In this document: positions 56,045-64,000 of the stretch, piece after piece
How positions within the stretch are numbered: position 1 is the stretch's first letter
How the letters are laid out: each line of letters begins with the position of its first letter
Source: Histomonas meleagridis 2922-C6/04-290x
Taxonomy: Eukaryota; Protista; Parabasalia
DNA length: 64,000 nucleotides
Reading direction: 5' to 3'
NCBI GenBank assembly: GCA_020184695.1
Contig: JAANOX010000273.1
Coordinates: 62,001-126,000 of the forward strand
Made by a program: the position numbers and the translations under genes
The notes under the pieces: model-generated
Told to the model about the DNA's origin: nothing
Seen by the model: only the letters and a program-made list of their open reading frames with translations
The model's database searches: none

Positions 56045-57492
56045 CCCATAATCGTCTCAGATCCGGACAAACCGTCTTTTTGGATTTCAATGCAACGTCG
56101 ATCATTCTCCATTCAATTATTTTAATAACAAATTGACTTAAATCGTTTTATAGAAGATAATGAACACTGTTCCTTGTATCATAAGAATTGTAAAACGCTA
56201 TCACCGTACTTATAAAATAAATGAAATTCAAGAAATATTAGAATACTTATCTAAAGAAGATCTCCCATATGGTGCATTATCAAAAATTTCCAATGACACA
56301 GGAATTCCAAAACATACACTGAGCGACTGGAGAAAACACAGGAGATCTCCAGGTGGCCAGAACTGGATTCCTAATCCATCATCCCAACCTCCAAAATATG
56401 TACTTTCACCACAAATAGAACAATCTATCTATGACTACATAAATGATAATATTTTGAGTGTTGGGTTACCCACATGATGTTGCATTAAATGCATATTCTT
56501 CATCTGATATCAGGTGGAGAAATTTTCTGCATCTAATTCATGGGTAGATGAATTTTTGGAAACTCATGGTTTATCCATTCTCAAACCTCATGTTGAAAGA
56601 AGAACTACTGTAAATGAGGAGAGTGTTGAGTACTTTAGACAAAGAATTGAAGAGTTACCAAACTTTTATCCGCCATCTCATGTAGGGAATTTTGATGAAA
56701 CAAGCTGGTGCCTACACTTATCTCCTCATAAAGTTTTAGTAGAAAAAGGTTCTGAAACTGTGAAGATTACCCAACAAGAAGGCGAAAAACAACGACTGAC
56801 AACATTTGGGTCGATCACGTGTGATGGAAATAAGTTGCCGTTATGGATATTAGCTAAAGGCAAGACAAGCATGTGTCTGAATAAATTAAGTCATCACCAA
56901 GAAGTGATTATAAAGTATTCAGAAGATGGTTGGACAACGGAAAAGGTAATGATTGATTACCTTCATTGGTCGCACCAACAATTGAATGGTTTACTTGGAT
57001 GCCTCATCTTAGACGTTTACCCAAGTCACAGAACTCAAGCCGTTCAGGATATAGCAGCCGAACTCGATATTGAGTTGCTTTATGTACCTGCTGGAGGGAC
57101 ATCATTATACCAACCTTTATATAGAAGGATTTTCGGCGAGCTCAAATCAAGAGCTAGACACCAGTTCACCATCATGAACTCCCCCCATGGCCCTCTTACT
57201 TCCATTAACGAAGCAGGTATCAAAAATTTTAGTGAAATGTTGGAATGAGATCGATTCCATAAATATTCTCGAAGCATGGGATATGTTATAAAAAACAGAT
57301 CCCCGACCCATTATAATACAACAGGGATCAAGAAAACTCAAGTAAATGGGTTGTTTAGTGAAAGAAAATCAAAAAATAGAAAATCATAACTTTAACGTCT
57401 TTTATTGAATTAAATAAATTATTGAAATCCAATAACTATACGTTAAAATTGATCCTTGAAAAGAGTTTGTCCGGATCTGAGACGATTATGGG
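56045..57492 (+). mobile_element. pogo-like DNA transposon, 1448 bp, inactivated
   Basis: Perfect 28-bp TIRs (CCCATAATCGTCTCAGATCCGGACAAAC) and TA TSDs. Transposase has an HTH, ASNSW, NFDET, LILDVYPSH and QPLY (third D changed to Y), with frameshifts. Confidence 0.95.
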
Positions 57493-58199
57493 TAAATTGT
57501 TTTAAGAATTATCCTATTTATAGAACAAATAAATCATGAAAAAATGTAAAGACAGATTTTTGAATTTTTGCTCTGGTCTATAGTAATTGAATATCTTGTA
57601 TAACTTAATAACGATATGCAAACAGATAGGATGACAATCGGATTTAAAAGGAAAACGATGATGAACGGGATACGGTTCAATAAACTACACAATTTTTTGA
57701 TGTACGTCGAATGACTATTTTATATTAAATTTCATATTTTATGAGCTCATCGAAAAAAATTTTCTGAGAGACAGAGCGATATGAGTGAACCAAAGAGAAG
57801 CAAATCTTTCGAATAAAGTCGGAATAATTCTTCCTAAAAAAACATCTCATTCAAGCAAAAGTTTTACAACTTGATATGTTCCTGCTTCATTTCATATATC
57901 AAATTTAATTCGCATGATGGTGAGAATGAATTGTGATGTTAAACGATTTTGTTGTAAACACGCTAAACCTATCGTATAATAAATTGTGACCTTTCGAATT
58001 TTATTTGTATAGTGATGACAGTATTTTGAATATATCGTTTCAACTTTATCTGTTAATCAAAAAAAATTCTATGTGTTTCATCAAAAAGTCGAGGCTTTGG
58101 AGTATATCCTCATAATGAATTTCAGCCCGGGGAAGGAAAACAAAATTGGTAATATCTATAAAAGGAAAAATGATGAAATAAACGAAAAAAATCAGATAA

Positions 58200-59330
58200 T
58201 TATCGAATTAAAAAACAAAGTATTCAAAAGTTGCAAGAAACTATTTATAATATTACATTGAATAATAATGCGTTACAGCAAGAAAAAAATGACCTTCGGG
58301 AGATAATTCGGTCAATTAAATATCAGTCTTCAATTATTAATTCCAATTGTGCATTCAAGAAAACCGAAAAATTAGAAATTGAAAAATTCATAAGATATTT
58401 GAAGAAAGGATCAAGAACTGTCAAAAATGAAAATATCAAGCTCAAAAATTCTATTCAGCAATTGAAATTAGAAAAATCGGAATTACAGGAAGAAATTAAA
58501 AAATTGAAAAATTAAATTAATAAGATGAAAAAATTATATGATAACTTATATGAAAAAAATACAAATAATAGTTTTTCAGATGCACATTACCAAAATTCAA
58601 TTCTAAATGCCAACATTAGATAAAAAAATTATTATCCATCACAAATTCAGGAAATACTTACAATTATCGGCTTTGTTAGAGAAAGTTGATATAATATTTC
58701 ACAACAAATTTTTTATTTTTAATCATTTCGAACTGTAGAAAGATATAGACATAAATATTTTGAAAAATATGATCTTTCAACAGAAATATTCAATGGTGAT
58801 ATAAAAAATTTAAAAAAAAATCATTGAAATATTTGGAAGTGATAATGATTCAAGATATGTAATTTCTATTGAGGCAAGGTCATTATATGAGAAAATCGAA
58901 AAAAATGTGTAGGTATAACATTATTATATAGGCAGACATGTATTAAATATATTACTCTCGTTGCATCTTTAATCATGCAATTGTAACAAACAAAAAACAC
59001 TTCACTCGGTGCTTTTGGGACACATTTCGAAGGACATTTTTTTTCAAAGCTAAGACGATTATCAAAAGGAGATAATCGCCCTAATACTTTTCTATGGGCA
59101 TTGATTACAAATTTATTATTAGAGAAATCAAATGAAAAAAATGATATTGATATTAAAATTAAAAAAAAATCATCATCAAGTGGTGTAATTATAAAACCTT
59201 CAAAAGTTCAACAAATTCATGCTTTTGGTGATTCAATGAAATCAATATTATGTTTATTTAATGATTTTGTAAATTTTGATCAATATAATTATTTATTTCC
59301 AATTGAAAGAGATAACCGAAGATAATATAT
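58200..59330 (+). pseudogene. Highly degenerate coiled-coil / possible P-element-like transposase remnant
   Basis: Short ORF pieces with SFRTVERYR and GDSMKSILCLFN, only weakly reminiscent of that family. Confidence 0.25.
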
Positions 59331-60654
59331 ATTGTTTGAGGATAACTTCATTATTAACCAGAGAAGTGTTGGTCTTGTTTCAACTCGGAAAAAAGGAATT
59401 ATTTCCACAGGTGGATTAGGTTAATTATTAAAAAATTTTGTTTCACATAATCAAATGCATAATTTTACATATGCCAAATAGCAAAAATAAAATATCATTT
59501 CTTTTATCCTATTCTAATTATGAAAATTTTAAAAAATGTGAATTTATCTTGATTCTTAAGAACATTGTTTTCATTGATTGCATTATTTCAAAATTATGTG
59601 TTGTCACTAAAATTTTGATGTTCATCAGGTAAGAAGCTTGATTGAAGATAACTGGAACTAGTGTTGAAGATCTTATGTGGTATTGAAGAAGATGCCCAGG
59701 AGTCAAAACTAAAATTTGTGGATTACTTTTATTTGAAGATTCTTATCGAATGTGTGAAATCGCGCCAATGATTTTTATAATTATAATATTATAATATATC
59801 GAATATTTATATGTATATACTAAGATTAAAAATAATCGTAGGAGCGAATTTCGGAATAAATTACTTCTTAGTCCTGAAATGTGGGGTATTCAAACCAGCA
59901 ACTTTTACACTTGTTTTTGATCGTAGATTTCACTTTTTGTATGATCTCCACTTTTCGAATTGGTTTTGATCGTTGTGTGTTAAACTCATATCCAGCTACA
60001 CATTGACAATAATTGAGAACTCGTTGTTGTAAAATAAAACTTTGTGTTGAAAATATTTGGTGTTTGCTTCCAATTCAATTTTTTTCTTTACTCTTTGAAT
60101 TATATTTGACATTTCATCGTGCATAAATGAATTAATTTCGATCGTCTGTCGTGATTGTCACCTCATATGCAAACTAAAAAAAATTATATAAATTAATATT
60201 AACCATTATTAGTATTGCTCATAAAAAAATAAGATAAAAAAATTTGATTAAGATAATTTTATTGAATATAATATAAATACTATTTTTTTTTCTTTAAATT
60301 TAGTTCAGTGGAAAATGAAAAAAATTGATTTTCTGATTTGAAACGACCGTTTATTTGGTTGACAGCGTCTTTACGAATATAACTCAAACAACTTGTCATG
60401 AACATCTTGATGGTTTTAAAGTAGCTTTTGAATTAAAAGAAATTAGTGTATGTTATGGACCAGCACGTTAAAATGATGTTTAATGGGTAAAAATGTTTTT
60501 AGCTGCTTGTTTTGGTTGTTGTGCTTGGTTGGCCTGGGAAGAGTTATGAAAAATTTTACATTTCCTCTTTTTCTTAATTAATACGATTATTTTCGATTCA
60601 TATTTTCTATCGTTGAGAGGAAGTAATTTAAATGCAATTTTTACTTCACTCGAC

Positions 60655-62793
60655 ATGGATCTTTTGCCTGAACAATTATCACAGGTTTTTTCTTTTATGA
60701 ACTTCAATGAATTTCAAAAATCATGCATAAAGCCATCAGTTACTCTGGATGACAATTTAATAATCACATCATCAATTTTTGAAGGTGTCACATACATCCC
60801 AGAATTTTCCATCATTAAAGTATTAAATTCAAATCCGTATGGCAAAATCATTTTTTATGTAATGGGCCGTATGAATAGTGCCTTTGATAGAATCGAATCC
60901 TTTACACTCCGATATGAGGGCATTGGATTTCCATCACATCGCATTAAATCAGAAAATTTTATACCAGAATCCAAAACCCAAATATGTTTTGTATCTTTTA
61001 ATACATTAATATCATTTCTTCGTAATGAAACATTTATCCAAAAATATTTGAATTCTGTTTCATTAATAATATTTGATGAGATGCTTCCGAACATTGTAAA
61101 TAGATCAAATTTTTTATATCTGATATATATCTGTAAAAAACTTAAGATACGAATTGTTGGAAACTGCTTCTCAACTGAATTACAAAATTCGTTATCTGAA
61201 TTACTTGAAGCCAAAATTTTATGTGATACAACAAACCCACATGAACATTTAATAAAAGAAGTTCAAGAAGAAGAAAATATAGAAATTGAAATTAACAGAG
61301 AATTATATGAAGAAGTCAAATCATTGATGGAAACAGATTCCATAATTATAATTACATCACGTTCATCTGTATCTTCAACATCGAAAGCATTGATTACATT
61401 ATTTGAAGAATCCGAAAAGAAAAAAATTGTTGCGATAACAAACACAATTATATATTCAAATGTTTGTATGATTTGGAAATCATTTGAAGAAGGTCAAATC
61501 AAAGTTATAGTTACATCTCCTTTTATCTATTTCCAATATTTAAATGAAACACATAATTCCAATTACAAGTTAATAATCCGAAGTTCGAAAATAACAATTC
61601 ATATATCATATTTATTAATGAACAATAATAATCAAATCATTATAACTAACAATAAATCATTAAAATTATTAAATTATTATGACCAATGTAATCAACCTTC
61701 AGTTAAAACGCATTATCCAATTCTACCAACACTTTTATTATCATTATTTACATTTGGTTTCATTCATACAATGGATGATGTTAATGATTTAATGAAAAAA
61801 TTATTTGATAATTCATTAGAAGATGAAGATCAAAATGAATCAATAAAATATTTAATCGAAAAACAAATGTTAAATGATAACTTAGAAGTAACTGAATTAG
61901 GAAAAATTACTGCGAAATCACAAACATTTATTGATGATACACTTTTATTTATAAGTTCAAATATACCGAAAAAAATCGAAGAACTTTTAATGTTACTTTG
62001 CTTATCAAACGAATTAAAAATCAAATATTCAGTGAAAGAAGAAGAAATTCCAAAATTAAGAACAATTGCAAATGATCCAAATTTACCATTTTACAATATA
62101 ATTGATCCGAATAAAGAAGAAATTACAATTTCGGATAAAACATTTTTATTGTTACAAAGAAACTTTACTTATTCAACAATCGATGATCCAATCTTAATTC
62201 AAGATTTCCGCAAAATTTTAAATTTAATACTAAAAATTTGTAATTGCTTCTTATTGATTATGGAATATAAAAAATCATTTAACGGAATTTATTTAGGTGT
62301 AGTTACAAGGAAATGTTTAAATAATCAAATTTTAAATGAGAATTCGCCAAAAATATTTGCACAATTCCCAGGATTTGGTGGTGTTTTCTCTTCAAAGATT
62401 TTCGCTGCGGGTATTCATACATATAATGAATTCGCTGATATCAAGAAAGAACAATTAAAAAATATAATTGGAAGATCTGTTACATCTTTGTATGAAAAAT
62501 TGAAGAAATTACCAAAATACAAAGTAACTTTAGAAAAAGAAAATGACTCTTATAGATTGGATTTGTATAATGAAGGTGGTTTTATAATTGATGGAGCTGA
62601 ACATTTCTTATATTTATTGGTTGGAAACAAAACTGATGATTCAGTCTACTTCTATGAGAAGTTAAACAATGTCGGAATAGAACTACAAACATTCCATTTT
62701 TCGGTTCCAGAATATGTAAATTTATCAGACGTGAAAGTTGAAATATTAGATTCAAAATACGTTGGAATTGTTCAAGAATTAACTCTTCAATAA
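60655..62793 (+). CDS. Ski2-like (MER3/HFM1 or Brr2-cassette-like) helicase with Sec63 domain and degenerate catalytic motifs
   Basis: FNEFQ..C, DDNLII, LIIFDEM, TELGKI and LCLSNEL...EEE..L motifs, an HhH segment and a C-terminal Ig-like domain. Confidence 0.75.
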   Translation: MDLLPEQLSQVFSFMNFNEFQKSCIKPSVTLDDNLIITSSIFEGVTYIPEFSIIKVLNSNPYGKIIFYVMGRMNSAFDRIESFTLRYEGIGFPSHRIKSENFIPESKTQICFVSFNTLISFLRNETFIQKYLNSVSLIIFDEMLPNIVNRSNFLYLIYICKKLKIRIVGNCFSTELQNSLSELLEAKILCDTTNPHEHLIKEVQEEENIEIEINRELYEEVKSLMETDSIIIITSRSSVSSTSKALITLFEESEKKKIVAITNTIIYSNVCMIWKSFEEGQIKVIVTSPFIYFQYLNETHNSNYKLIIRSSKITIHISYLLMNNNNQIIITNNKSLKLLNYYDQCNQPSVKTHYPILPTLLLSLFTFGFIHTMDDVNDLMKKLFDNSLEDEDQNESIKYLIEKQMLNDNLEVTELGKITAKSQTFIDDTLLFISSNIPKKIEELLMLLCLSNELKIKYSVKEEEIPKLRTIANDPNLPFYNIIDPNKEEITISDKTFLLLQRNFTYSTIDDPILIQDFRKILNLILKICNCFLLIMEYKKSFNGIYLGVVTRKCLNNQILNENSPKIFAQFPGFGGVFSSKIFAAGIHTYNEFADIKKEQLKNIIGRSVTSLYEKLKKLPKYKVTLEKENDSYRLDLYNEGGFIIDGAEHFLYLLVGNKTDDSVYFYEKLNNVGIELQTFHFSVPEYVNLSDVKVEILDSKYVGIVQELTLQ

Positions 62794-62855
62794 AATTACT
62801 GATTTGCTATTGTTTTTGTCTGAACATTTTTTGGAAAATACGTTAATTAGTATTA

Positions 62856-63356
62856 ATGTCTGATATAGATATCCTTAAACTGAAGGAAATGTTTGATGAG
62901 ATAACGCCTGCTAAGGAAGAAGAAGAACAGCAGGAAGAATTTCAACAAGTGATTGAACCAAAAGAAAAAGAATCTTTTTGGGATGATGATGAAATTACAC
63001 CAATTGGATTTTATAAGGATACTTCTGATCAAAGACCTGAACCAACGTATACAATTTATTACAGACAGAATGTAGGAACTGAAGATGTTTATCTTGGATT
63101 AGGAATGAAAACTCCTTCAATTTCAGAATCAGATACCGCTGTGATAAAAGTTAATTTAGATGACACTGTTTTGGATGATATTGATCTTAATGTTCAAAAT
63201 GGATATCTTGATCTTCGTTGTCCAAAATATAGACTTACTATGAAATTAGATTACCCAACACGTGATAACGAAACACAAGCAAAGTGGAACAACGATGAAA
63301 AACTACTCACAATTGAAATACCTCTTAATCCTATGCAAGTCAAAATTGTTTCATAA
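62856..63356 (+). CDS. DNAAF6: PIH1D3 / dynein axonemal assembly factor 6
   Basis: DQRPEPTYTIYYRQNVGTEDVYLG...PKYRL...AKW, a PIH1D3 CS-domain signature. Confidence 0.85.
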   Translation: MSDIDILKLKEMFDEITPAKEEEEQQEEFQQVIEPKEKESFWDDDEITPIGFYKDTSDQRPEPTYTIYYRQNVGTEDVYLGLGMKTPSISESDTAVIKVNLDDTVLDDIDLNVQNGYLDLRCPKYRLTMKLDYPTRDNETQAKWNNDEKLLTIEIPLNPMQVKIVS

Positions 63357-63607
63357 AGGCTATATGGCGCTAATAGGAAGGGAAATGTTTTCTACTTAAG
63401 TTGAAAATCCAAATGAATCACATAAATTATTTGTTATAATGAATTTGAATTTGTTTATAAAAGAAGAAAATAAATGGATAAATGTTTGAATTTATAGATA
63501 AATAAACATTTACAGAACAAAATAAATGGCTTATATAGTTTGATTTCGTGATTTTAATCTTGGCCGATCAAAAACGGTTAAAACTGTTTTTAAAGGACCA
63601 ACAACAA

Positions 63608-63796
63608 ATGCTCCTTCAATACTGCGACAACTGCAATAGATATACTCTCAAGACAATTTGCCCCAACTGTGGCCATGGAACAAGGTCAGCACATCCAGCA
63701 CGTTTTTCACCACAAAATCAAGAATCAGCAAACAGATACCAAACAAAGGAAAAGTATGGTCAACTTCCAACACAAAAACCAGATATCGAGTATTAA
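63608..63796 (+). CDS. NOP10: H/ACA snoRNP protein Nop10
   Basis: ML.QYC..C..YTLK..CP.CG..T.SAHPARFSP; 62 aa. Confidence 0.93.
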   Translation: MLLQYCDNCNRYTLKTICPNCGHGTRSAHPARFSPQNQESANRYQTKEKYGQLPTQKPDIEY

Positions 63797-64000
63797 AATA
63801 CATCATTTGCATCGTTTAATAAATCATTTTAAAATCAAAAATTATTATTATTATTTTTTTTTTTGAGTCGTATAAATTTTTTATAATATCAACAACCTCA
63901 ATTTCTTATCTTCACTAAAGGGTATTAACGATTCTGTATAAAATGTTCATGTACAAAGAATTCTTAAAAGTGGAAATTGTTTGCTAATAACAAATCTCAT

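Noticed and set aside
666-62024. Many short antisense or overlapping ORFs (e.g. 666..992, 23948..24193, 28568..29017, 35164..35514, 47961..48350, 52333..52719, 60855..61214)
   Set aside because: Shadows of real genes on the other strand or frame, with no independent motifs.
1-64000. tRNA, rRNA or CRISPR arrays
   Set aside because: None recognisable by eye; a covariance-model scan would be needed to exclude small RNAs.

Overview
AT-rich eukaryotic DNA from a parabasalid protist (trichomonad; Tritrichomonas/Histomonas-like). The basis is the trichomonad-type histone H3, a GTATGT...ACTAACACATAG intron, BspA and ankyrin families, and TCATTT initiator and AACGGTT (M3-like) promoter motifs. From about 1.4 to 22.7 kb is a mobile-DNA graveyard: pogo, rve, hAT, Merlin and MULE remnants, a mariner nested in a mariner nested in a MULE, captured host-gene fragments, and a ~9.8 kb endogenous Polinton-like virus. 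That element has a double-jelly-roll capsid, A32-type packaging ATPase, rve integrase, phage-like fibre, small penton-like gene and a stand-alone chromodomain, but no visible polymerase. From 23 to 64 kb is a compact host gene region: RABL2, DDX55, copine, two H3 copies (one with an in-frame deletion), a divergent BEACH protein, two Mybs, a minimal Acinus-like protein, KDSR, an ankyrin protein, a CAP-Gly protein, a pogo element, a MER3-like pseudo-helicase, DNAAF6 and NOP10. The two strongest leads are (1) conserved ~80-nt non-GT-AG inserts that break ankyrin repeats at the same position in three places and look like an unrecognised intron class, and (2) the polymerase-less endogenous virus. 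All family calls come from motif recognition by eye, not database searches. Several 1-nt homopolymer frameshifts may be assembly errors.
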